Part shown: in pieces, positions 1 to 11,199 of the stretch | How positions within the stretch are numbered: the first letter of the stretch is position 1 | How the letters are laid out: every line of letters begins with the position of its first letter | Notes under the pieces: generated by a model | What the model saw: only the letters and a program-made list of their open reading frames with translations | What the model was told of the DNA's origin: nothing | The model's database searches: none | Position numbers and translations under genes: made by a program | Origin: Naegleria gruberi | Lineage: Eukaryota | Strand: one strand, 5' to 3' | Length of the DNA stretch: 64,000 bases | NCBI GenBank assembly: GCA_000004985.1 | Contig: GG738870.1

Positions 1-431
1 ACCCAAACCCAAACCCAAACCCAAACCCAAACCCAAACCCAAACCCAACCCAAACCCAAACCCAAACCCAAACCCAAACCCAAACCCAAACCCAAACCCA
101 AACCCAAACCCAAACCCAAACCCAAACCCAAACCCAAACCCAAACCCAACCCAAACCCAAACCCAAACCCAAACCCAAACCCAAACCCAAACCCAAACCC
201 AAACCCAAACCCAAACCCAAACCCAAACCCCAACCCAAACCCAAACCCAAACCCAAACCCAAACCCAAACCCAAACCCAAACCCAAACCCAAACCCAACC
301 CAAACCCAAACCCAAACCCAAACCCAAACCCAAACCCAAACCCAAACCCAAACCCAAACCCAAACCCAAACCCAAACCCAAACCCAAACCCAAACCCAAA
401 CCCAAACCCAAACCCAAACCCAAACCCAAAC
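1..431. repeat. Terminal telomeric repeat array (CCCAAA)n on the + strand, G-strand unit TTTGGG, about 70 units with a few variant units (CCCAA, CCCCAA).
   Basis: Direct reading: a perfect hexamer tandem array begins at base 1 and ends abruptly at 431. The C-rich strand reads 5' to 3' into the chromosome, as expected for a left chromosome end. Confidence 0.9.
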
Positions 432-706
432 ACTTTTCACATCAACTTGAATCTATTTTTAACTTTTCCGCGCGTTTTTCGGTTTGATCAACCGGCAAAA
501 ATAATTTTGATCAAGTGATTTTATTGCCACTAGCCACCATCATAACTTGATATATATAAATATTTAACAATTTCACATCAGCCGTATATTGTGCCCCATT
601 ACCATCACCATCTTTTGACATCATTTGTGATATATATTGTTAATGTATTTAAGGAGAAAAGCTTAATAAATAGGGGTTGACATGGGATCCAAACCCATTT
701 TGACAT

Positions 707-977
707 TCATCCATATCATACATGGTACATGGCTGATCCACTTGATACCTACAGGGATGTGACAATGACATCTACTATACAGATCATTATGTAATTGATA
801 CAGTACCTTACTGATGGTGAATAAACACTACTGTATCAGTTTCATGACAACTTGATATCATTCAACATGTCAGGAGTGTAATCATGGGAATAATGAATAT
901 CAAGATAATGAAATCATATTAATTTTGAAATCTTTCAATTATAATATCATTTATAGATCAATTAATCAAGGTATTTC
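707..977. repeat. Subtelomeric repeat A, copy 1 (about 270 bp)
   Basis: About 90% identical by eye to 2011..2280. Shared string: tcatccatatcatacatggtacatggctgatccacttgatacctacagggatgtgacaatgacatctactatacagatcat. Confidence 0.8.
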
Positions 978-1139
978 ATTAATTGGTATTGAATTTCATA
1001 TCAATTCATTTAAACCTTAATGACCTATCCTTAGATGACCAACTCAATTTTTAAACTATCATGAATCAAATAACTATTGATACCATTGTNNNNNNNNNNN
1101 NNNNNNNNNNNNNNNNNNNNNNNNNNNNNNNNNNNNNNN

Positions 1140-1590
1140 AACCCAAACCCAAACCCAAACCCAAACCCAAACCCAAACCCAAACCCAAACCCAAACCGAA
1201 ACCCAAACCCAAACCCAAACCCAAACCCAAACCCAAACCCAAACCCAAACCCAACCCAAACCCAAACCCAAACCCAAACCCAAACCCAAACCCAAACCCA
1301 AACCCAAACCCAAACCCAAACCCAAACCCAAACCCAAACCCAAACCCAAACCCAAACCCAAACCCAACCCAAACCCAAACCCAAACCCAAACCCAAACCC
1401 AAACCCAAACCCAAACCCAAACCCAAACCCAAACCCAAACCCAAACCAACCCAAACCCAAACCCAAACCCAAACCCAAACCCAAACCCAAACCCAAACCC
1501 AAACCCAAACCCAAACCCAAACCCAAACCCAAACCCAAACCCAAACCCAAACCCAAACCCAAACCCAAACCCAAACCCAAACCCAAACCC
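1140..1590. repeat. Second (internal) telomeric array (CCCAAA)n, same orientation as the terminal array
   Basis: A tandem hexamer array begins just after a 50-N gap and ends at ...cccaaacccacgactaagg. Variant units include a CCGAAA. It may be a true interstitial telomeric sequence or an assembly artefact next to the gap. Confidence 0.8.
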
Positions 1591-2010
1591 ACGACTAAGG
1601 TCAGACCCAATATTTTGACTTTTATTCATCTTAATTAATTATCTCAATAAATACTCATTATAAATCAATATATTATATATCAATATACTCCAAATTGAAT
1701 ATATAATCATATTATAACATAATATTACATCATTATAATGACTTATGTAAGTTAATTTCATATAATAGATTAGACAATTAGAATATCAATGAAAACATTT
1801 CAGAATCAATTCAAATCAATATATCATCTTATAAATCATGTTTATAACAATATATATCAATTTCAAATACTTTGGTATCTTTTCAAGAAATTTACTATTC
1901 AACTTGTCAACTGACCTATACTAACATTGAAGATAGAAATATATACCACTTCAATTCACTTCTAATACATCTATACATGATAATTAAATATATATATATG
2001 ATTTAGAAGA

Positions 2011-2280
2011 TCATCCATATCATACATGGTACATGGCTGATCCACTTGATACCTACAGGGATGTGACAATGACATCTACTATACAGATCATCATGAAACT
2101 GGTACAGGACCTTACTAGTGGTGTATAAACACTACTGTATCAGTTTCATGACAATTTGAAATCATTCAACATGCCAGGAGTGTAATCATGAGAATTATGA
2201 ATATCAAGATAATGAAATCATATTAATTTTAAAATCTTTCAATTATAACATCATATATAGATCAATTAATCATGGTATTT
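2011..2280. repeat. Subtelomeric repeat A, copy 2, truncated by a 984-N gap
   Basis: Aligns with 707..977 and runs into the N run at 2281..3264. Confidence 0.8.
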
Positions 2281-3264
2281 NNNNNNNNNNNNNNNNNNNN
2301 NNNNNNNNNNNNNNNNNNNNNNNNNNNNNNNNNNNNNNNNNNNNNNNNNNNNNNNNNNNNNNNNNNNNNNNNNNNNNNNNNNNNNNNNNNNNNNNNNNNN
2401 NNNNNNNNNNNNNNNNNNNNNNNNNNNNNNNNNNNNNNNNNNNNNNNNNNNNNNNNNNNNNNNNNNNNNNNNNNNNNNNNNNNNNNNNNNNNNNNNNNNN
2501 NNNNNNNNNNNNNNNNNNNNNNNNNNNNNNNNNNNNNNNNNNNNNNNNNNNNNNNNNNNNNNNNNNNNNNNNNNNNNNNNNNNNNNNNNNNNNNNNNNNN
2601 NNNNNNNNNNNNNNNNNNNNNNNNNNNNNNNNNNNNNNNNNNNNNNNNNNNNNNNNNNNNNNNNNNNNNNNNNNNNNNNNNNNNNNNNNNNNNNNNNNNN
2701 NNNNNNNNNNNNNNNNNNNNNNNNNNNNNNNNNNNNNNNNNNNNNNNNNNNNNNNNNNNNNNNNNNNNNNNNNNNNNNNNNNNNNNNNNNNNNNNNNNNN
2801 NNNNNNNNNNNNNNNNNNNNNNNNNNNNNNNNNNNNNNNNNNNNNNNNNNNNNNNNNNNNNNNNNNNNNNNNNNNNNNNNNNNNNNNNNNNNNNNNNNNN
2901 NNNNNNNNNNNNNNNNNNNNNNNNNNNNNNNNNNNNNNNNNNNNNNNNNNNNNNNNNNNNNNNNNNNNNNNNNNNNNNNNNNNNNNNNNNNNNNNNNNNN
3001 NNNNNNNNNNNNNNNNNNNNNNNNNNNNNNNNNNNNNNNNNNNNNNNNNNNNNNNNNNNNNNNNNNNNNNNNNNNNNNNNNNNNNNNNNNNNNNNNNNNN
3101 NNNNNNNNNNNNNNNNNNNNNNNNNNNNNNNNNNNNNNNNNNNNNNNNNNNNNNNNNNNNNNNNNNNNNNNNNNNNNNNNNNNNNNNNNNNNNNNNNNNN
3201 NNNNNNNNNNNNNNNNNNNNNNNNNNNNNNNNNNNNNNNNNNNNNNNNNNNNNNNNNNNNNNNN
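2281..3264. other. Assembly gap (N run). Other gaps lie at 1090..1139, 4264..4315, 6017..6066, 10658..10715 and 31802..31851.
   Basis: Runs of n. The poly-X ORFs the track lists across them are artefacts. Confidence 0.99.
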
Positions 3265-3457
3265 AACGTTCTCGTCGCAGAGATAATAGATATACTAGGC
3301 ATTTTTGAGTTGACCATTTTTGATTATCTCAATAACTACGGGGAGTTTTTTCACGTGTATTATAGAATAGATATATTAATGTATTTAATAATACATATAT
3401 AAGAACTGGATAGCCAATATTAGCGGTTCGTTTTATGTGATTAGGTTTTCGCCATAC
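3265..3457. repeat. Subtelomeric repeat B, copy 1 (at least 193 bp; 5' end hidden by the gap)
   Basis: Nearly identical to 7688..7889 (aacgttctcgtcgcagagataatagatatacta...gttttcgccatac). Confidence 0.85.
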
Positions 3458-3472
3458 CCAAACCCAACCCCA
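3457..3472. repeat. Short telomere-like remnant cccaaacccaacccca (about 2.5 units) at the junction of repeat B copy 1 and a 1-kb insertion
   Basis: Direct reading. It is absent from the B2-C2 junction at 7889/7890, where B and C abut. Confidence 0.6.
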
Positions 3473-3474
3473 GA

Positions 3475-4035
3475 ATGCCAAACTTGTTAGAAATCATTAA
3501 GCTATTTCAAAACAAGTTGGAAAGGATACGAAAATCACGAAATGATAATTCTCAATTATCTGTACAAGAAATACATGGGTTGTTTACCAACTTTATTCAT
3601 GGTAAAAGTCTTGCTCATCGTAGAATGACGAAAAGACGTAATCAACTCAAGGTTGGAGGAAGGGACTTGGTTCTTGACACCACCCCTCCCCCAGTGAACC
3701 CTCCAACCAACTACCCAATAGTGAACTCCTTTAACCAATCCAGGTTAAGAAACGAAACTATTGGAATTCATTCCAATATACTAAGTAGAATTACAGAACT
3801 AGGAACAGATCCTAAAAAGAGGAAAGTTCCTGATTCAAATCTGAATTCTAAAGATTCAAAGATCAGTAAAAGGAATGAACCTACTACCTTGAAACGTTCC
3901 CAACAGACTACTCTTCAATTTGGCAAGAAGCCAAAGAAGAATGAACTCAATGAAGGAAGTTCATCGTCAGTTGAAGATGCGAATCTTAACAACGGTCAAG
4001 ATTCGAATCAAGGCAACGTTCACGATTCACAGTAA
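3475..4035 (+). CDS. Hypothetical basic, low-complexity protein (186 aa). ATG sits 2 bp after the telomere-like remnant. No recognisable domain.
   Basis: ORF with ATG at 3475 and TAA stop. Lys/Arg/Ser/Asn-rich. Possibly a subtelomeric orphan gene or a spurious ORF. Confidence 0.3.
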   Translation: MPNLLEIIKLFQNKLERIRKSRNDNSQLSVQEIHGLFTNFIHGKSLAHRRMTKRRNQLKVGGRDLVLDTTPPPVNPPTNYPIVNSFNQSRLRNETIGIHSNILSRITELGTDPKKRKVPDSNLNSKDSKISKRNEPTTLKRSQQTTLQFGKKPKKNELNEGSSSSVEDANLNNGQDSNQGNVHDSQ

Positions 4036-4431
4036 TAAGGTCAAGTGAACTTCCACTTGACTCTATTACAGTAGAGCGAGATTAGTATAAATACTAAGCT
4101 AGCTCAATATATTTTTCAATAAAAATTACAAACACAGCCCTAGATTGGCTCGCAAGTTTTCTGGTTTTTATTGTTTTTTCAAAGGGAATAGTTCAAACTC
4201 ATCATCATCATCTTTCTGAACAAGATATTCATCAGTGGAGCCTTCGGGACCCATAACAACAAANCNNNNNNNNNNNNNNNNNNNNNNNNNNNNNNNNNNN
4301 NNNNNNNNNNNNNNNTTTCACTGAAATTGATTTCATGACATGTAGACACTCTAATTAGTATATGGTATCAATTTCATGAATATTGGTTCAGCAGATGTCG
4401 ACTTGTCAACTCTATCACAATACTATAGACA

Positions 4432-6016
4432 TTTGATATAAAATCAAAGATTATGCTCCAACTCGCTCATTTTATATGAAATTAGTCTGGAACTGATAAC
4501 ACACATTCTATACATCAATTTAATACATCTATATATGTTTAGAAACAATTCGTGATACTTTCATTCAGCTAATCGGAACATGTTCAATGTCATAAGTGAA
4601 TATATTCAAGTGTACACTCTATCTCAGTGAAAGTACATCCAATCATTCTGTAACTTTACCAAATACCTTTAATCACACTATTATACATCTGATATCAATT
4701 TTATAGTGTTAGAATTGAATTCAATATGATAATAATAACAATCTGTCAAATTGTCAGAGTTCAACATATAGAATGTAAACCATCTCAGTCATTTTACAAA
4801 ATATCACACTAGTGTCAAATATGAATACACTTCCCTTCATGAGGAGAACAATATGAGAAAGTTTCACATTGATGGCTCAGTATCTTCAAGTCAACTAAGG
4901 AACATCTAAGGTAATCAATAGGGAAGAATCTTATTTCCAAAATTAAATTTTACCATCATATCAAAATCATTGAATAATGAATTATTTATAATATTCAATT
5001 ATTATATTCATGTCAGTAATCAGTGAAGGTGACACTTCTTCAACCTTAGTATACACATCTCAATATCTAGACTGTCAATTCCACTGAACCTTGAAATACT
5101 ACCTATTTAGATGATGGTATGACGACTCTCCATAGTACCATATATGTGAAATTGAATATTGACACTTTTCATCTAGCTATGTTTATAGAGATGGTATCCA
5201 GCAGAGTCAGTTCATAATATCAAATATTGAAATTAGTTCTTTATGGCATATGCGATGTCTAGAAGTGTTTTTGATTATACCAATCTAGTTTAAAGCACTT
5301 TGGCGGAGTTGACACTGTTTAGTTACAAATACATGACATTTGAACCATAGTTTACATTCCATCTCAGTCATTTCAACGATTTATTGATTAATTCCACCAC
5401 CATTATGTTTCTCATACATTGTAGTACAGTTTATATTTCAAGAGTGATTTCTGTGTAGATTATTATAAATCGTAATACTATTCAATACCATTAAAACTCA
5501 ATAGAAGTCAATTCTTCTCATTTTCAAATAGATTATTCAATATAGAAACACATCTAGATAGTTTCCATATCATAAAAGTCAAGCTACTATATATGGTCTT
5601 TGATTAAATTTAAAAATAGACTGCCGTTGATTACTGGAATATTAATTCAAAGCTTGATGATCAAGTTATTGATTGAAAATCAAACCGATTATTGAATATT
5701 GATTATTGAATTGGTGAATAATCAATATTGATAATGTTACTTATTCATATTGCAAATCAACCAGATTCAATCTACAAAGGTTGGTAGTTGCACCACTACG
5801 TGGCGAAACTACCATTCCACGATCAATCAACATAAGAATCACTTCCATTCAACTCAATTTGACCGTTATAATCAATAAATCAATGAAATGTTCCTTTATT
5901 AGCAATACCTATTCAATCTAATCAGTAGATTCACGTCCCANACATTTGACTTCTAAAAGTCCATAATTCAAAAGTTAGTACTGACCTGACCTTTAAATAT
6001 CTATCAATACAAGAAA
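4432..6016. repeat. Subtelomeric repeat C, copy 1 (about 1.6 kb, non-coding, ends at a gap)
   Basis: About 88-90% identical by eye to 7890..9486 (ctatagacatttgatataaaatcaaagattatgctcc ... ctttaaatatctatcaatacaagaaa). No ORF over 70 codons. Confidence 0.8.
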
Positions 6017-7687
6017 NNNNNNNNNNNNNNNNNNNNNNNNNNNNNNNNNNNNNNNNNNNNNNNNNNTCAATTTTGAAAAACTAAGAGTAGCTATATATAA
6101 TATCTAATAAATCATATTTAAATATCAAAACTGATATCAAAATGCTTCAAATAACATATATAACATGATACAATTGAAATAAATATCATATCTCATATTA
6201 AATATTGAGATAGTCAATTAAGGTACCTCAATAGCGAAGTACCCTAAGGACAATGAGATTCATTACCAAATTGATACAACATGTTATTAACCTCATATAA
6301 TGAGGTTCCTATCAATTTCATATCATTTGGACATCATTCAATATTCATGTCATTCAACCATGTCAGCAACTACTCATGGCAATATGACAAGTCAATATCA
6401 AGAGTTGAAACAAGATAGTATATCATACCACTACTCTTATAAATGATATTTATAACGTTTCTGAGTGGTAGAAATCAATATCTATATAATTGGAATATCT
6501 GTCAAGCTACTGTCCTAATTGACCAAAGGTAACATTCTTACATGTCATGAATGGTAAGAATCACTTCCAATTCATTACTATCATGTTATAATCATCAAAT
6601 ACTACCATAATATCAGTTATGGAATGATTTCAATATCATCTTAGATAGTTGTCATATGACAAAGTTACTACCTTAGTGAACTACCCATGTCATTAAGAAA
6701 TATCAAAGTTGAAAAATTTCAATTATATATTCATATTTACATCAAATAGAGTCTATAATATCAGTTTCATAACATATAATCAATAATTGGTGTTATGGCA
6801 ATAATTCTATTGAGATTAGACATTGCAACATTTCCCAAATTGGAAATATAGAATATTAAATCATGAAACCAATTATCTGTCGATAAAATGCATAGATAAA
6901 CGATATTATCAAATAAAATATATAGGTCCCTATTGAAAGTGTTTACCTGGTAAAAAGTGAGCGTAATTTCCCCTACTTTCATCCTAATTGGTTATCTCCC
7001 TATATATATGATAAATTTCAATTATTTCAATTGAATATCATAAATCATGATAATTAGACATGTATCAATGAGTGGAATTAAGTCATGTAAGATATTCATC
7101 CTTCAATAACCAATATTGTCAATTTCACACAAGTTGACTTCCTACAGTCTGAATATTGATCCAATAATGATTATTTCAATTATATATGATTATATTTGAC
7201 ATTTACTACAATATCTATGAGTTAATATAAATGGGAGAGTATTTCCATAGTATGGCTCAATATCTTGGTCAATTAAGGTAGAATGATTACAGTATACTAA
7301 GGATATCATATATTATACTTCAAACACTTCTAAAAGGTAGATATTATCATAATGCATCATATATATGAGATTGGTGATGATTCTAATAACATTCATATAA
7401 TAGTACAATAAATGTTGAAAAGTTAATTTTTAGACATGTTGTAGTTTATTTAATATACCGATTCAACAAGTTTAATTGATAATGTCATCTATTCATATAT
7501 ATATCTACAATATATCAAAAGTTTCATTCTGGCCCAACTTTGAAATTTTCAACTTTGTCAGACCCAAGGGAGGTTCAACCCATGGGGTCACTTTAGGACT
7601 CAATTATCTCGGGAACGGCGAATTAAAAAAATTAGTATTTTCTATCATTTCTTCCATAACTCGTATAGATTGATATTTGAGTGAATC

Positions 7688-7889
7688 ATAATCCGGAACG
7701 TTCTCGTCGCAGAGATAATAGATATACTAAGAATTTTTGAGTTGACCATTTTTGATTATCTCAATAACTACGGGGAGTTTTTTCACGTGTATTACAGAAT
7801 AGATATATTAATGTATTTAATAATACATATATAAGAACTGGATAGCCAATATTAGCCGTTCGTTTTATGTGATTAGGTTTTCGCCATAC
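7688..7889. repeat. Subtelomeric repeat B, copy 2
   Basis: Matches 3265..3457. Followed directly by repeat C copy 2. Confidence 0.85.
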
Positions 7890-9486
7890 TATAGAACTTT
7901 GACATAAAATCAAAGATTATGCTCCAAATCACTTATTTTATATGTAATTAGTCTAGAATTGATAACACACATTCTATACGCCATGTATATACATCTATAC
8001 AAGTTTAAAAACAATTCATAATACTTTAATTCAGTCAATCAGTAAATGTTCAATGTCAACAGTATATATATCCAAGTGTACGCTCTATCTCAGCGAAAGT
8101 ACATCCAACCATCATGTAACTTTACCAGATACATTTAATCACACTATTATACATATGGTATCAATTACATACTGTTAGAACTGAATTCAGTAGGATAATA
8201 ATAACAATCTGTCAAATTGTCACATTTCAACATATAGATTGTATACCATCTCAGTCAATTTACAAAATATCATACAAGTGTCAAACATGAATACACTTCC
8301 CTTGATGAGGACAACAATCTGAGAAAGTTTCATGTTGATGGCTCAATATCTTCAAGTCAACAAAGGAACATCTAAGGTTGTCAATAGGGAAGAATCATAT
8401 TTCCAAAATTAAATTTTACCATCATATCACAATCATTGAACAATGAATTATTGATACAAGAATCATATGTTCAATTGTTATATTCATGTCACTAATCAGT
8501 GAAGGTGACACTTCTTAAACCTTAGAATACACATCTCAATATGTAGACAGTCAATTCCACCGAAACTTGAAATGCTATCTGTCTAGATGATACAATGATG
8601 ACACTCCATATGTGTAATTGAATGTTGACACTTTTCATCTTGTTATATTTATAGGGATGGTATCCAACAGAGTCAGTTCACAATATTAAATATTGAAACT
8701 CATTCCATAGGACAGGTTTGATGTATAGAACGGTTTATTATTGAATGTATCAGTTTGATATAATTTGATGAAATTGACACTGTCAAGTCACCATTACATG
8801 ACAAATAGACCATAGTTTACATTCCATCTCAGTCATTTCAACGAGTCGTTGAATAATTCTACCACCATTATGTTTCGCATACATTATAGTACAGTTTATA
8901 TTTCAAGAGTGATTTCTGTGTAGATTATTATAATCGTAATACCATGCAATACCAATAAAACTCAATAGAAGAGTTAATTCTTCTCATTTACAAATAGATT
9001 ATTCAATATAGAACACATCTAGATAGTTTCCAGATCATAAAAGTCAAGATACTATATATGGTCTTTGATTAAATTTAAAAATAGACTGCCGTTAATTACT
9101 GGAATATTAATTCAAAGCTTGTTGATCAAGCTATTGATTGAAATCAAACCGATTATTGAATATTGAATATTGAATTGGTGAATAATCACTCTTGATAATG
9201 TTACTTATTCATATTGCATGCAAATCAACCAGATTCAATCTACAAAGGTTGGTAGTTGCACCACTTCGTGGCGAAACTACCCATCCACGATCAATCAACA
9301 TGTGATTCACTTCCATTCAACTCAATTTGACCGTTATATTCAATAAATCAATGAAATGTTCCTTTATTAGCAATACATATTCAATCTAACGAGTAGATTC
9401 ACGTCCCAAACATTTGAATTTTCTCAAAGTCCATAATTCAAAAGTTAGTACTGACCGGACCTTTAAATATCTATCAATATAAGAAA
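7890..9486. repeat. Subtelomeric repeat C, copy 2
   Basis: Collinear with 4432..6016, including the conserved hairpin ggtagttgcaccac(t/a)(a/t)cgtggcgaaactacc. Confidence 0.8.
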
Positions 9487-10032
9487 TGAAAACATCAAAT
9501 TTACATCATTAATAGATGATAAGAATTATAATCAATGATATGAATCTTCACTAAGTAATCTCTTAAATAACCCAAATAAATCAACTCTGAATCCTAACCA
9601 AACCCAATAAAATGAGGAGAGATTCATGCTATGATTAATTGGAAGAGCCACATAGATTTTGGGTACTATCTGAACTGAAATGAGGTAGAAAGAGTACAAT
9701 CTTCAAGAGCAAACAATTTAGGTCCTATTTATGTTGGATTTCTGATGGTTAGGTTCTCCCGGGCAATCCTAAAGTCACCTCACACAATAAAGTAGATGAT
9801 AATATTTCTATTTTGAGGTTGTTCATTTATTTTTTTTGCCAATTAAATATTTTCTAGCTCTCTAATTTCAATCGTTGCCTTCCCCATAACTACTTTACAA
9901 TTTACAAAGATTCAAACACCTGCCCACAAACAAACCATGTAGATTCCTAAAATCAAGTCATTTTTGAAAAATTCATTTAAATTACAGATTTATTTTTACA
10001 GAGCTCGACAGTTGACTATACAAAGTGCCAAT

Positions 10033-10985
10033 TTAGAAACACTTTCTGTGAACGATACCTGGACCGGCATCCTCATATTCTTCCTTTGTGATCCACATCT
10101 GCTGAAAGGTCGAAAGGCTCGCTAAGATGGAACCACCAATCCAGACAGAGTATTTTCTTTCTGGTGGAGCAACAACCTTAATCTTCATAGAGGCTGGAGC
10201 CATAGCAGTCAATTCCTTGGTCATTCTTTCAGCAATACCTTCGAACATGGTAGTACCACCAGACAAGACAACGTTACCGTACAAGTCCTTTCTGATATCA
10301 ATATCACATTTACCAATTGAATTGAAAGTAGTTTCATGAACACCAGCAGCTTCCATACCAATGAAGTTAGGTTGGAACAAGACTTCTGGACATCTGAATC
10401 TTTCATTACCAACAGTAATGACATTACCGTCTGGCAATTCGTATGACTTTTCAACTGATGATGATTCAGCAGCAACCTTCATTTCAGCTTCAAAGTCCAA
10501 AGCAATATAACAGAGCTTTTCCTTAATATCTCTGACAATTTCTCTTTCAGCAGTAGTATTGAATGAGTAACCTCTTTCCATCAAAATCTTCATCAAATAA
10601 TCAGTCAAGTCACGACCAGCCAAATCCAATCTCAAAATAGCGTGTGGCAAAGCATAANNNNNNNNNNNNNNNNNNNNNNNNNNNNNNNNNNNNNNNNNNN
10701 NNNNNNNNNNNNNNNGGTGATGCCAGATCTTTTCATATCATCCCAATTGGTAACAATACCGTGTTCAATTGGATACTTCAAAGTCAAGATACCTCTCTTT
10801 GATTGAGCTTCATCACCAACATAGGCATCCTTGTTACCCATACCAACCATAATTGATTTTTGCTTTGGTCTACCAATAATTGAAGGGAAGACAGCTCTTG
10901 GAGCATCATCACCAGCAAAACCAGCTTTACACATACCAGAACCGTTGTCAACAACGAGGGCTTGAACGTCTTCACAGAAGGACAT
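10033..10985 (-). CDS. Actin (conventional, highly conserved). The CDS is interrupted by a 58-N assembly gap that hides about 60 codons and breaks the frame.
   Basis: N-terminal part [41 protein letters not shown]...[16 protein letters not shown] (ATG at 10983..10985). C-terminal part [20 protein letters not shown]...[37 protein letters not shown]...IVHRKCF, with stop TAA at 10033. The C-terminal track ORF actually starts at a TTG; the real frame continues into the gap. Confidence 0.95.
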
Positions 10986-11199
10986 GTTTAATTATTTGTT
11001 TTTTTTGTTTGTGAATTTTGTCAAGTCATCGGAATGTGAGTTAAATAATAATTGTGTGATGACAGGTTCAATGATTTGTTCAAGTTGGGTTGATGGGTGA
11101 ATGACTTGTTTACAAAACATGAAGGTCAACTAGTCACTTGACTTCAAAAACCTTATTAGAGATACTGTGATTGAGTAGGTATTTCTTGCAATTCGTTTT

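Noticed and set aside
1031-1629. Five long ORFs (137-187 aa) translating as GL/WV/PK/NP/TQ dipeptide repeats
   Set aside because: They are simply translations of the (CCCAAA)n telomeric array in different frames and strands, not genes.
2262-3402. 351- and 376-aa ORFs composed of X residues
   Set aside because: They span the 984-N assembly gap. This is an artefact of the ORF caller.
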